Source of the DNA: Octopus vulgaris
Taxonomy: Eukaryota
Direction of reading: 5' to 3'
Length of the DNA: 64,000 nucleotides
NCBI GenBank assembly: GCA_951406725.2
Contig: OX597825.1
Span: 29,264,001 to 29,328,000, forward strand
Part shown: one piece after another, positions 1-14,035 of the stretch
Position numbering within the stretch: the stretch's first letter is position 1
How the letters are laid out: each line of letters begins with the position of its first letter
The notes under the pieces: generated by a model
Seen by the model: only the letters and a program-made list of their open reading frames with translations
The model's database searches: none
Told to the model about the DNA's origin: nothing
Translations under genes and position numbers: made by a program

Positions 1-6
1 TAAATA

Positions 7-95
<89 letters not shown>

Positions 96-1052
96 TAGAT
101 AGATAGAAGATAGATAGATAGATACATACATATATACATACATACATACATACATATATATATACATACATATATATATACATGCATATACATATGACTC
201 TCTGAAGGTGTCTGTATGAGGGTGTGGATGTTGATGTAAGCATGGTTCTGAGGTGAAGGAGTGCACATTGCAACTTCCATGATTTAGTTTTAGGTTTAGT
301 CATACTGTGTAGTAGTACTTTGGCTTAGTCTCATGTACTATTGCCCTGGGCCTATTAATGCCTCATGAGCAAATTCAACAAATGCAAATAAAGCAAAAGG
401 AAGCCCAGTGTGTGTGTACGTGTATGTGTATGTGCATCATATGTGTTAAATATATATGAATATTTATGTGTTGTATATTTATGTGTGTTGCTTTTCAGTT
501 TAAACCTACATTATTTGCCTATGTAAATAGCTATAAGTGTTAGAGGCATTTTCGAATGCTGCGTATCTGTCTGAGTTTACACATATTTTCACATACACAA
601 ATACTTGAATCCATAAGTAAATGTATTTGCGTGTGAAATTATACATAATTATGTATACATACATATATATACGAGTGTGCGTATGTTTGTGTAGGTGTGC
701 CTGTGTGGGTGGATATGTCAGCATGTGTTGATTGCTTCTGCAATCTATAAAACTATGGAAATATTACAAAATAGAAATATTACATGACATTAAAATATTT
801 AAAATTTCCTATCAATTAGGGAAATAGATTTAAAACACACTCATAAATATTTGAATTGCAGGAGATGGGGAGAAATAACAGATTTATATATATAATATAC
901 ATGTTATATATACACACATATATATATATTTATTTATACACTTATGTGCACACATATATACACATTCTTTAAATATATATATATGTGTGTGAGTGCTTAT
1001 ATATAGATATAAATGTATATATATGTATATGTATATGTAAATGTATATGTAA

Positions 1053-1089
<37 letters not shown>

Positions 1090-1770
1090 CATAAGTATAT
1101 ATATATATATATATATATTATGTATGTATGTATATATATATATATATATATATATGTCTGTCTGCATATATATGTGTATGTATATGTGAATGTGCAAGTG
1201 TATAAATGTATATATATATATATATATATACACATATATATCAATTAATAAAAGCAAATATTTCAGAATAAAATAGGTGAAATGACTCGAATTCAAGCCT
1301 GCTGAGTTTAAGAATAGAGAAATCACATTTAGTTGTGAACATAATAGAATTTTGTGTCTGTGGCAATGTAATTCAGTAGTTTCGGCTTTTTTAATTTCCT
1401 TCTTCCTTTTCTTTTTTGTCATTGTATCGATTAAAATCATTTTCGCTTCTGTTTATTTTCCATGTTTCTGGACAAATTGGATATTATGACATTTGGGAAC
1501 AACATTAGAGTGTTTCACTTAGTTATTAAGAAAATAACCGTGAGTAAATCTGCTTCACAGCGTCTGGCAATCGAATATTTCAAAGTAAACAATATAGGTT
1601 TTCTCTGCGAGATATAAAGAGAGTATTCTTTCTTAACAGAGCTGATACCTGAACCTCGAAGGAATTCAAACTGTAATGTAGTCAGAGTGTGATCCAATTG
1701 GGGCAGTCTTTCAGCTTAGCCCACCAACCTACTGGGTATGATGGGTATGTCTATACAGGCTTGCACAGGA

Positions 1771-2000
1771 AGGCGGCGAGCTGGCAGAAACATTAGCACA
1801 CCGGGCAAAATGTGTAGCCGTATTTCGTCTGTCGTTACGTTCTGAGTTCAAATTCCGCCGAAGTTGACTTTGCCTTTCATCCTTTCAGGGTTGATAAATT
1901 AAGTACCAGCTACGCACTGGGGGTTGATGTAATTGACTTAATTCCTTTGTTTGTCCTTGTTTGTCCCCTCTATGTTTGGCCCCCTGTGGGTAGTAAAAAA
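1771..2000 (+). mobile_element. tRNA-derived SINE family B (Meta-domain-like)
   Basis: ggcggcgagctggcagaa..gagttcaaattcc head, followed by gcctttcatcctttc.gggt.gataaa..agtacc resembling the MetaSINE central domain. Confidence 0.85.
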
Positions 2001-2304
2001 ATATATACAGGCTTGCACAGGATACTCAAAGTGCTCCACCAATAAAATTGTTGCTTGCAGGTGAACCACCATTTTTAACCCCTTTGCTACAGTACTGGAG
2101 CAAAAAATCTCCTTGATAATACACACATTAGACTTACTACAAGATCTCATATCATCTCATGACATGGGCACAAGATCAAAGAGGAGATTTATGGATATAT
2201 TCACCCCTTCTGTACTATTTTTACCAACACAGCATAAGTGTTGCTGGCCACTGTCATTGCGCAGAACAGCAGGCCATACCAGTTGTTATATTTTAGAGAC
2301 TTAG

Positions 2305-2700
2305 AAGTGGCTGTGTGGTAAGTAGCTTGCTTACCAACCACATGGTTCCAGGTTCAGTCCTACTGCATAGCACCTGGGGCAAGTATTTTCTACTATAGCC
2401 TTGGGCCATCCAAAGCCTTGTGAGTGGATTTGGTAGATGGAAACTGAAAGAAGCCTGTCATATATATGTATGTATATATGTATGTGTGTCTATATATGTT
2501 TGTATGTCAGTGTTTGTCCCCCAACATTGCTTGACAACCAATGCTGTCTGTAACTTAGCTGTTCGGCAAAAGAGACTGATAGAATAAGTACTAGGCTTAC
2601 AAAGAATAAATCCTGGGGTCGGTTTGCTCGACTAAAGGTGGTGCTCCAGCATGGCTACAGTCAAATGACTGAAACAAGTCAAAGAGTAAAGAGTAAAGAG
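2305..2700 (+). mobile_element. tRNA-derived SINE family A (CORE-like), full length
   Basis: Head tggctgtgtggtaag..ggttcagtccc (A/B boxes), ccttgggcaag core, central TA/TG microsatellite, (aaagagt)n tail. Confidence 0.85.
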
Positions 2701-4387
2701 TATCCTATTATAGGACAAAGATCACTCACCTACAGTTTTTTTATTCTTTTATATGTTTCAACTCTGAGTCTGTGGCCATGCTGGGGCACCACCAGGATGC
2801 TATTGGCAGAGAAACAATGCGAAACACAATGAGGACTTAGTAAATTTTAAAGTGGGAAGGAGATTCCTGGTTCAATTTTGGTAAAAGCATCTTGGTTAGC
2901 TGCTTGATGAAGAAATCTACTTTTAGCTTTTCAATAACAATAATAACAAAGTGAAGATCAAATAAACAGTGTCTGTATTTAATTGACGAAAGATGACCAT
3001 CCCAAAATACAACAACATTTGAATTCCATTTTTGAGGAAACACAGTGTTTGAATTGTATCAACTGATATTCATAATTTATTTTGTGCTGTGTTTTATTTT
3101 GTGGACTTCCAATGTAAAGCAGAAAGGCGGAGGTGGAAGAAATGTTGAGCGTTTTGCCTGACATGCTAATAAGACTGTCAACTCATAGAAACTACAACAA
3201 TAATTAATGATTCTCTGTAAAATTCCTTGAAGTGCGACATTTCTACATTTATTCTCAAGTGCCACCACTACCACCACCACTACCATCACCATCACCATCA
3301 TTGTCATTGCCCATCTTATACTCTCCTCTTCCTCCTCCTCCTCCTCCTCCTCATCATCATCATCATCAGCTGTGTATTTTTGTATATATACTCTTTACTC
3401 TTTTACTTGTTTCAGTCATTTGAATGCAGCCATGCTGGAGCATCGCCTTTAGTCAAGCAAATCAACCACAGGACTTATTCTTTGGAAGCTTAGTACTTAT
3501 TCAATCGGTCTCTTTTGCCGAACTGACGGATATTTGTCCTCATCTTGTTTGTTGTGAACACAACGTTTTGGCTGATAAGTAAATAATGTACATAATTCCT
3601 CGTCTCTTAAATATAGAACTGTTTTATCCAAAATAAATATTAGGCCTGAATTGTCCAGCTAAACCAGGCAACCTTTATTGAGAAGACAGCCAAATTAGAC
3701 TTATCCCATCATCGAAGGTCAGTGGGGGACAAATCATTAAAAAAATACCATCAGGGTAATTTTTCGTTAAGCACAGGTTGGCTATGACTGCACTAAACTC
3801 TTCAAAGCTGTGCTCCAGTATAACCACAGTCCAATGATTGGGGCAAGTAAAAGAATAAAAGAATCAAAGACCAGTTTTAGTGCCAAAATATAAGATAATG
3901 TAAACAAGAGATGGACCTGATTCCTACCATTAAAAATGTAATTTTACGCAAGTTTTGTGTACATCCTTAAAGGAAAGAAAAACATTGATTTATATCGATA
4001 TTCTGATAATGACAGAAAATTGATTTAGTTTTACAAAATTGTAAAAAAATAATATTATTTGTATTTTTAATCAAAAGGTCAAGTTATTGACCAGCGTGGC
4101 AAAATAATACACAGACCAGCTTGGAGATGGCTTTTAATTCCTTTGGTGTCAAAACAGTAAAATAGCTTCCTAGAAGATATTTGTAGCTGCTCAGTCACTG
4201 AATACATATTTTGCATTACCATATTTCAAAAACAACATGCTGTATTGTTTTGAAATTGTTTTTCTCATTTCTGTGTTCAGAATTCTAATGTATTTCTTAG
4301 AAGCAGAAAAAAGGCAGCGTATGCATGTGTGTATCTCTGTCTGTCTGCCTCTCTCTTTCCTTCTCTCTCTCTCTCTCTCTCTCTCTC

Positions 4388-4425
<38 letters not shown>

Positions 4426-4942
4426 TGAAACCATGGTATGTAGGTAATCCATTTTTATTTCATATATTTTCATTTGTCTTGCTTATTCTTACATTTTGGC
4501 GTTTTGCTGAGATGTTTTCTTCTGAACACATTCTTCGTGATAATGGCGATTTGATGTCTATGTTTAGCATATAGGCTGTCCAATTTAGTGGTCATTCCTC
4601 TTAATTCGTTTTGTAATATAATTTTTAATCTTCGAATTTTTTTAAATATGCTAAGCCACTGGCTTTAATTGATTAATATCAATTTCTACCCTCATTATTT
4701 AATTTTACATGCACATACATATATATTTATATGTGTATGTGTGTATGTGTGTATGTGTATGTGTGTGTGCACATGTGTGTGCATACATATATATGTATAT
4801 ATGTGTATATATATGTGTATATATGTGTGTGTGTATATGTATGTATATATCTATGTATGTGTATACATATGTTTATATATATTTATATATACATACATAC
4901 AAACAGAAATATATATATATATATATATATATGTATGCATAT

Positions 4943-4973
<31 letters not shown>

Positions 4974-5320
4974 CTGAGAGAGAGAGAGCGAGTTACAGGT
5001 GTGGCTATGTGGTAAGAAATGTACTTCCTAACCACATGGTTTGGGGTTCAGTCATGCTGTATGGCACCTTGGGCAAGTATCTTCTACTACAGCCCCTGAC
5101 AAACCAAAGTTTTATGAGCAGAATTGATTAATAGGAAATGAAAGAAGCCTGTCTTATGTGTGTGTGTGCATTGCTGTCTCCTTGCCTGAAAAAAGGGAAT
5201 GGGAATCCGTGACAGAAAGTGCACCCAGCCATAGAAAATCCATTTCAACAAATGTTGTTGCCCTATGCAAGCATGGGAAAGAGAATGTCAAAATCGTGAT
5301 GCCTCCACCGATGATGATGA

Positions 5321-5361
<41 letters not shown>

Positions 5362-5363
<2 letters not shown>

Positions 5364-5788
5364 GGCTGCCCCCTCGTTATCGAGTATGGCCATTGCACAA
5401 AGCTTAACTGTTACTGGTGCTGTGATCGAATGTGACTTTTTAGCCCAGCTAAAGATCTACAATGTCTTGTACAAAATTGGCAACTAATACCTTTACTGGT
5501 AATAGCCGACTGTAGTTGTAACTGGGTTTCATGTACCTTTGCATGTCGTTTAAGTCCTCCTGCCAAATTACACTCTCTTCCACATGCCTGGCAGATATGA
5601 TTAGTATGGTGTGTTACACCACCACCGGTGGCCCGGTTGTCGCTCATCTGTCTCGTTTTATGACTACAAAGATGACTCTTGAGTCCAGCTTTACTGAGGC
5701 AGGATCTTGCACATACATTGCATGTCAGCATCAAAGGAAGACCCTTCCTATCTGGAAGTGTAACAGCGATGCCCTTCCTGTTAAGGGC
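5362..5788 (-). mobile_element. 5'-truncated RTE-clade LINE 3' end encoding three C2H2 zinc fingers
   Basis: Minus frame to the stop at 5411 reads [42 protein letters not shown] and [22 protein letters not shown], the RTE-type C-terminal CxxC..GLxSH finger. A short 3'UTR (gccatactcgataacgagggggcagccat) ends at a (TA)n tract. Confidence 0.75.
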
Positions 5789-5881
5789 ATATATATATAC
5801 ACACACACATATATATATACATACATAATACATATATACATATATATATACATATACATGTATACATATATATATATATAC

Positions 5882-5979
<98 letters not shown>

Positions 5980-6077
5980 GTATACATATGCATATATATG
6001 TTAACATATGGAAGATTCAATCACACATATAAGCATATATATATATATATACACACACACACGCACATATATGTATA

Positions 6078-6118
<41 letters not shown>

Positions 6119-6728
6119 AATGTTCTCAAATAATGCACTTATATATATATACATGTATGTTTGTTTGTATGCATATATGTATATATATATACGTATGTAA
6201 ATATATACATGCATATGCATATGTATGTATGTAAGTGTGAGTGAGTGCGGCTTTCAAGAAAAAAGAGTGAGAGAAATAGGGAGAGGTAATAAGATTGTAA
6301 GACGAGTGTAAACACAGTAAAACGAAAGTACATTTTTATTCATTTATTTATTTATTTATTTTCTGTTTCGCTATTTCCTTTTTATTCTTCTTATTTATTC
6401 TTCTTATTTATTTATTTACTTTTTTGTGTATGAGATTTTTTAACATTCAAAATATATTCCATCCTATATAATGTAATTTGTCTATTCATGAATTACCTTT
6501 TCAAGAATTCTAACCTGTGAGTAAACTCAACCAAAATCAAAAGCAACAAAAAAAAAAAAAAATGGATAGAAATAAAAAAAAAGTGAAAGAGAAAAAGATG
6601 CCATTAAAATAAGCCAAACATTCCATAGGCAGCTGGGTCCTTTGTTCTTCTCTTCTTTTTCTTTTAATTATTTATTTGCATTTTTCTCCTCTTTTATGTA
6701 GTTGTTTATTTAACATTATGATTGTTAT

Positions 6729-7075
<347 letters not shown>

Positions 7076-7432
7076 CAATATTTTGTGTATCTGTTTCTTT
7101 TAAGGCTTCTTACACTCTCATCACTAAATTTTCGCAAAGAATTTCACGACTTGCTTCCATATTACACCTGTGCAAATAGCTTATATTTATTCAAAACTAG
7201 TGATCAGTTAATAAGCCATTAAAAGGTTTCCGTATCAAATATTTATTTAAAGTGTAATTGGGAAGTGTTATCAAAAGCAGAATGACAAATGTTACAAGTG
7301 TGTTAACACATTTCAAGCTAAAACATTAAAGACACCACTCATTTTTTAACAATGTGTGATATTTGTTTCCTGGTTCGGTTTTATATTATTTTTATTTATT
7401 TGTTTTATTTATTTATTTATTTATATATTTTA

Positions 7433-7875
7433 AGGTGGTGAGCTGGCAGAATCTTTAGGATGTGGGGTAAAATGTTTTGTGACATTTTGCTCTTCCTTGT
7501 GTTCAGAGTTTAAATTCTTATTTCTTTATTGCCCACAAGGGGCTAAACATAGAGGGGACAAACAAGGACAGACAAAGGGATTAAGTCAATTATATCGACC
7601 CCAGTGTGTAACTGGTACTTAATTTATCGACCCCGATAAAGTCGACCTCGGCAGAATTTGAACTCAGAACATAATGGCAGACGAAATACCGCTAAGAATT
7701 TCGCCTGGTGTGCTAACATTTCTGCCAGCTCACCACTTTCAAATTCTGCCGGGCTTTACTTTGTCTTTCATCCTTTCAGGGTTAATATGATAAATACCAG
7801 TCGTGTACTGGGGGCTATGCAATTGACTTTCTTTTCCCCTCAAACACTGCTGGCCCTGTGCCAAAATTTGAAAGC
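7433..7875. mobile_element. Family B SINE (-, 7517-7735) nested in an older family B SINE (+)
   Basis: The host is split at its B-box with a duplicated t(t/c)aaattct. Confidence 0.75.
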
Positions 7876-8156
7876 ATTTAAAAAATTTCTTTTTATGTGT
7901 TTTTAATTGTTATTTTCATTTCATTTGCATGCATGATAGTCACCAAATAACAAGAGTCTTAATTTTACAAAAAAAAAAAAAAGAGAAAAAGGAGAAAATA
8001 TCCAAATTTAAAAATCTGTCAAAATGATGCTTTGATGATTAAAAAATTTTATTAGAATAATAAAAGTGCAGTAGAAATCTTTAGCCTCAGGTTTTCAGTT
8101 GTTCACATATTTTTGTTAATTAGTGGCATCCTAACAGAAGGTTTGTATAAAAATGG

Positions 8157-8525
8157 TGAGAGAGAGAGAGAGAGACAGACAGACAGAGGAAGAGAGAGAG
8201 GGGGAAAGGAGAGAGAGGAGAAGGGGAAGGAGAGAGAGGAGAAGGGGAGAGGGAGGGTAGAGGAAAGAGAAAGACAAAAAGAGAGAAAGAGGGAGAGAGA
8301 TGAAGGGATAGGGGGAAGAAAGACAGAGAAATACAGAGAAAGAGAGAGGGATGGAGGGAGAGGAGAGTAAGACAAAGAAAGAGAGAGAAAAGAGGAAGAG
8401 CGAGGAGAGAGAAGACGAGAGAGGGGAGAGAAAGACAGAGAAAGAGAGAGAGAGAGATAAAGCGAGAGAGAGGGAGAGAGAGTGGCAGACAGAGACAGTG
8501 ACAGAAGAAGGAAGAGAAAGAGAGC
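8157..8525. repeat. Polypurine (GA-rich) tract
   Basis: Direct reading. Confidence 0.9.
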
Positions 8526-9066
8526 TGTTGATAGAATGTCTTTGAAAATGTATTGCAAACAAAAAGTAAAATCTGTGAACAACTTCACAATTTAATGACA
8601 AAAATCCACCTGTGTATATCAGGTACTTTTCAAAACAAGTGCTCTGTTGTAGAATCCTTAAAAGATTCTTTAAAAAAACATAGTTATTATAAGCACAAAG
8701 TAGAGTGTTAGATTTAGAGAGATGACTTTACAAGCTTGTTAACATATATCTCTTCACATCTTTACTTAATAGACAGTTACGAAACATTTTAACAGTAGCC
8801 TGCTACGTTATTTTTTTTTTTGCTTTCTTCTTAATTTATTTCACTTTTTCTTGTGATACTTGCCCAAAGAAAACCAAAATGAAGAAAAGAATATTAGTTC
8901 TTAACGACAGAAAGATATAAAAAAAACAACAAAAATAAAGAGCAGAGTTTGCTAAAAGCAGCCTGTATACAGGTATGTTTGTGTGTGTGGGTGTGCATGT
9001 GTGTGTGTATGTATGTGTGTATTTCTAAATATACATATATGTATGCATAGGTGTGTTTGAATATAT

Positions 9067-9147
<81 letters not shown>

Positions 9148-9392
9148 TCCAAGAGAGTTAGAGGTTGTCAATCCAACCACCAACTAAGTGATAATATCTA
9201 TCCAATATACAGCTGGTAGAATACTCAATTATTAATACACAAGTGTTTTTTCATTGCATTGCAATTACACTACTGAATGTAATAAATGGGTGAGGGTAAA
9301 AAGTTGTTTTAGCCTTAATTTATACAGCAATAAGAAAATAGAGGGGATCAAGAGGTGGTATTCATCAACTTTTAGACATTATATTAGGTCTA

Positions 9393-9790
9393 CAGGAGTG
9401 GCTGTGTGGTAAGTAGCTTGTTTACCAACCACACGTTTCTAGGTTCAGTCCCACTGCATGGCACCTTGGGCAAGTGTCTTCTACTATAGCCTTGGGCCGA
9501 CCAAAGCCTTGTGAGTGGATTTGGTAGACGGAAACTGAAAGAAGCCCATCGTATATATGTATATATATGTGTGCGTGTATGTTTGTGTTTGTCCCCCTAG
9601 CTTTGCTTGACAACCGATGCTGGTGTGTTTACGTCCCCATCACTTAACGGTTCGGCAAAAGAGACCGATAGAATAAGTACTGGGCTTACAAAAGAATAAG
9701 TCCCATGGTCGAGTTGCTCGATTAAAGGTGGTGCTCTAGCATGACCACAGTCAAATGACTGAAACAAGTAAAATAGTAAAAGAGTAAAAG
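9393..9790 (+). mobile_element. SINE family A, full length
   Basis: Same head, core and tail as 2305-2700. Confidence 0.85.
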
Positions 9791-10364
9791 AGATTATAAC
9801 AATATACATACATGTATAACATATTATGCTTTACATATATAAAAATACCAGTAATTATTAAAATATATAACATAGAACATAGAAAGTAGAGTATCACATT
9901 GAATCTCAGACCGGGCGATGTGTGTGTTTATGAGCGAAACACCTAAGCTCTATGCGGCTCCGGCAGAAGGTAATGGTGAACTTCTGCTGACTCTTTTGCC
10001 ACAACTTTCTCTCACTCTTACCTCCTGTATCTTGCAGCTCACCTGCAATGGACTGGCATCCCATCCAGGTGGGGAACCTATACATCAAGGAAACCAGGAA
10101 ATTGGCCCTAATGAGTCATGGCTCAAGAAGGAACAAACAATATATATATATAAATATAAACAGTAGGTTTCTTTATGTTTCCATCTACCAAATCCACTCA
10201 CAAGGGTTTTGTCAGTACAGGACTGTAGTAGAAAACACTTGCCCAAGGTAGGTGCTGTGCAGTGGGACTGAACCTGAAAACTTGTGGTTAGCAAGTGGAC
10301 TTCTTAACCAGACAACTTTATCTGTTGCATAGCTGAAACATAAAAGATCTAAAAAAGAATAACA

Positions 10365-10770
10365 TACTCTTTACTCTTTTTACTCTTTTACTTGTTTCAG
10401 TCATCGTTTTTAGTTGAGCACATCGACCCCAGGACTTATTCTTTGTAAGCCTAGTACTTATTCTATCAGTCTCTTTTGCTGAACCACTAAGTTAGGGGGA
10501 TGTAAACACACCAGCATCAGTTGTCAAGTGATGTTGGGGAGATAAACACTGACACACAAACATATACACACACACACACACACATACATATATATATATA
10601 CATATATGCAACAAGCTTCTTTCAGTTTCCATCTACCAAATTTACTCACAAGGCTTTGGTTGGCCCGAGGCTATAGTAGAAGACACTTGCCCAAGGTGCC
10701 ACACAGTGGGACTGAACCTGAAACCATGTAGTTCATAAGCCAGCTACTCACCACACAGCCACTCCTACAC
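10365..10770 (-). mobile_element. SINE family A
   Basis: Reverse-complement copy, inverted relative to 9393-9790. Confidence 0.85.
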
Positions 10771-11357
10771 CTAAAGGACTTATTGGCATAACTATGGGTA
10801 TTAGCTGATGAGATGGGGAGTCTGTGACTAAATATGTGAGTGTGTGTGTGTGGGTGGGCAAGTGTGTGCGTGAATGCACGTGCAGATGTGTTTATACTGA
10901 ATGCGGTATATGATGAATTTTTAATTTGTTGAAATTCTTCTCATAGACAGAAAAAAAAAAGCCAAAATAATCTAGAAATAATTGTTAGCAACTCTGAATG
11001 AAAAAGCCAGATAACTTCAAGAAATTTAAAATAATTTCACGGCTGAATAAATAGTTGTCTATTGTTTCTAAGCATGTTAATTCAGCTATGAAATTATTTT
11101 TTAATAGACTAAACCCAGTTTATCCTTGTCTGAGGAACTGGTACTGAAAAACACCAAAGTAGCAGGTCATTTGATCAGTTGAAATAAATGAATTGACCCC
11201 AGAACATATTTGCTTTGTTTTAAAGGCTGGTACTTAATCTATCAGTCTGTTTTGCTGAGCTACTAAGTTACAGTGACATAAGCTCACCACCAACGGTTGT
11301 CAAGTAGTGATGGTGGTGGTGGTGGGGGGACAAGCACACACACACACACAAAGACAC

Positions 11358-11484
11358 ATCACACAGCCTTTTGGCTATCTGTTCTTATCAGCTTATCTGT
11401 AGTATCTGTTCTTATCAGCTTAATATCTAATACGGTCCCTATTAGAATGAGGCGAAGTGTTGGGGCTTGCTCCGCCTTTGCCAC
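11358..11484 (+). pseudogene. U2: Rearranged U2 snRNA pseudogene
   Basis: Three blocks match U2: GCCTTTTGGCTA, TGTAGTATCTGTTCTTATCAGCTTAATATCT (includes the branch-pairing GTAGTA at 11399-11404), and GGGGCTTGCTCC (stem-loop III region). There is an internal 20-bp duplication; the Sm site and 3' stem-loop IV are missing. Confidence 0.85.
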
Positions 11485-11502
11485 AATCAAGAAATTTTCT
11501 AT

Positions 11503-11940
11503 AGGCGCGGGAGCGGCTGTGTGGTAAGTAGCGTGCTTACCAACCACATGGTCCTGGGCTCAGTCCCACTGTGTGTCACCTTGGGCAAGTGTCTTCTACT
11601 ATATATATATATACATACATATATATATATATATATATAAAAACACCATCCGAGCGTGGCCGTCTGCCAGCCTCGTCTGGCACCTGTGTCGGTGGCACAT
11701 AAAAAACACCATCTGAGCGTGGCCGTCTGCCAGCCTCGTCTGGCACCTGTGTCGGTGGCACATAAAATCACCCACTACACTCTCGGAGTGGTTGGCGTTA
11801 GGAAGGGCATCCAGCTGTAGAAACACTGCCAGATCTGACTGGCCTGGTGCAGCCTTCGGGCTTGCCAGACCCCAGTTGAACCGTCCAACCCATGCTAGCA
11901 TGGAAAGCGGACGTTAAACGATGATGATGATGATGATGAT
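11503..11940 (+). mobile_element. SINE with family A head and family C tail ending (GAT)n; internal 62-bp tandem duplication
   Basis: ggttggcgttaggaagggcatccagctgtagaaa...ggacgttaaac(gat)n. Other C tails lie at 20515-20890, 29905-30155, 30447-30592 and 45505-45860 (all -). Confidence 0.75.
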
Positions 11941-12137
11941 ATATATATATATATATACACGATGGGTATCCTTTAGTCTTCATTTACAAAATCAACTCAC
12001 AAGGCTTTGGTTGGTTTGAGGCTATAGTACTATATAGTAGAAGATACTTGCTCATGGTGCCATGCAACGGGACTGAACCTGGAGCCACGCAGTTGGGAAG
12101 CACAGTTCTAAACCACACAACCACACTTGTGCCTGTT

Positions 12138-12510
12138 TTATTACCTCTGCCTCATTGAAGGCAGAGGTATTATTTTCAGTCATGTTTGTTTGTTTGTTTG
12201 TCTGTGGACAACATATCTCAAGAACCACTGAATGTATTCGGATGAAACTTTCAGGGATGTTTGGCCTCATGACTTGCATGAACTGAGTAGATTTTGGAAT
12301 CGATCTGGTATAGGACAAAGATTCTGTATTATTTTTCCTGTTTTTTTACTTAATTTTTGAGAGCGGCTGGGTTCATTTCCAGTATTCTCATTTGTGAGAG
12401 CAGTTGAGTTCATTTTAGATATTCTCATTTTAAAAATCCTCCCCGGCTAATCATTGAGAAGATGTTGGTGTTGCTTCGGCGGAGGTTTGTGCTCTCTGTG
12501 TGCTCTTGTT
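12138..12510 (+). mobile_element. Helentron-associated non-autonomous element (HINE/DINE-1-like)
   Basis: 5' ttattACCTCTGCC..GGCAGAGGT sub-terminal inverted repeat, (GTTT)n microsatellite, 3' subTIR GGCGGAGGT followed by a short degenerate stem-loop, T-rich flanks. Confidence 0.7.
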
Positions 12511-12859
12511 TCATTTTAATTTATTTCATCGCATTTTATTGTCTTTATGTATAAGTATCTTTGAAGCTGTTGAAATATATGCCTTGCATTGATTAATTTA
12601 GTCCTTTAAGTTGAGGAGATTAATCTGTCTTAGTTAATGAATACAAACCAGAAAATGTAAAACCATGATCTAAAACCGAACTGAGAGAAAGCTTCTCATT
12701 TATAACCATTGACTCATTCATAGATGTTTGCGGTTTTCGTTAAAAATTACTAAAACAACTTCTGAGGTATTTGCTTGTGTATTTGAAGAGAAGGCCATAT
12801 TAGATTAGAAGGTTAATTAACTCTTTGAATTGCCAACTACTGGCTTTCTGGTAATTACA

Positions 12860-12889
12860 AGATCATCATTGTCGTCATCATCATCGTTG

Positions 12890-12938
<49 letters not shown>

Positions 12939-13072
12939 TATCATTGTTGTCATTATCGTTGTTGTCATCATCATTATCAGTGTCTTTCTTGTCGTTGTCC
13001 TCTTCCTCCTCCCCATCATCATTATCATTCTTGTCGTCACCACCACCACCACCAACACCACTACTCTATCGT

Positions 13073-13105
<33 letters not shown>

Positions 13106-13250
13106 TGTCCTTTTTGTCAGTATTGTTATTGTCGTCATCATTATCAGTGTCTTTATTGTCATTGTCATCTCCTCCTCTTCCTCCTCCCCATCATCATTAT
13201 CATTCTCGTCGTCACTACCACCACCACCACCAACACCATTACTCTATCGT

Positions 13251-13303
<53 letters not shown>

Positions 13304-13391
13304 CCATCACTATCACGATTATCCTTGTTGTCATCATCACCAGCACCACCATCATCACAACCACCACGACCACCACCACTATCCATATTGT

Positions 13392-13426
<35 letters not shown>

Positions 13427-13440
13427 ACAACAACAACAAC
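12860..13440. repeat. (CAT)n-rich low-complexity tract with internal ~167-bp duplication
   Basis: ttatcagtgtcttt..ctctatcgtaatcatc at ~12974 and 13141. Confidence 0.9.
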
Positions 13441-13608
13441 ATATGAACTTGACGTCCTAAAGCTTCTGATTTGATTCTTTATGGCAAATTAATTGCTGTC
13501 AGTAACCATTACAAGATTTCCTTTTCTCTTTCTTTAAGTATGGAAACATTTAATAGAATTGATATATATTTATATTGTCTATACTTATGGGTTGTGTTTA
13601 TGATGTTA

Positions 13609-13777
13609 GGCGCAGGAGTGGCTGTGTGGTAAGTATCTTGTTTACCAACCACATGGTTCCAGGTTCAGTCCCACTGCACGGCACCTTGGGCAAATGTCTT
13701 CTACTATAGCCTCGGGCCGACCAATGCCTTGTGAGTGGATTTGGTAGACGGAAACTGAAAAAGAAGCCCGTCGTATA

Positions 13778-13808
<31 letters not shown>

Positions 13809-14035
13809 GCATGTGTGTGTTTGTGTGTCTGTGTTTGTTCCTCTAGCATTGCTTGACAACCGATGCTGGTGTGTTTATGTCACCGTTACTTAGCGGTTTG
13901 GCAAAAGAGACCGATAGAATAAGTACTGGGCTTACAAAGAATAAGTCCCGGGGTCGAGGTGCTCGACTAAAGGCGGTGCTCCAGCATGGCTGCAGTCAAA
14001 TGACTGAAACAAGTAAAAGAATAAAAGAAAAGAAA
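13609..14035 (+). mobile_element. SINE family A, young full-length copy
   Basis: ggcgcaggagtggctgtgtgg... with CpGs retained. Confidence 0.85.

Noticed and set aside
5411-6007. Host C2H2 zinc-finger transcription factor gene
   Set aside because: The N-terminal third is (TA)n, and the finger style and 3'UTR fit an RTE LINE end.
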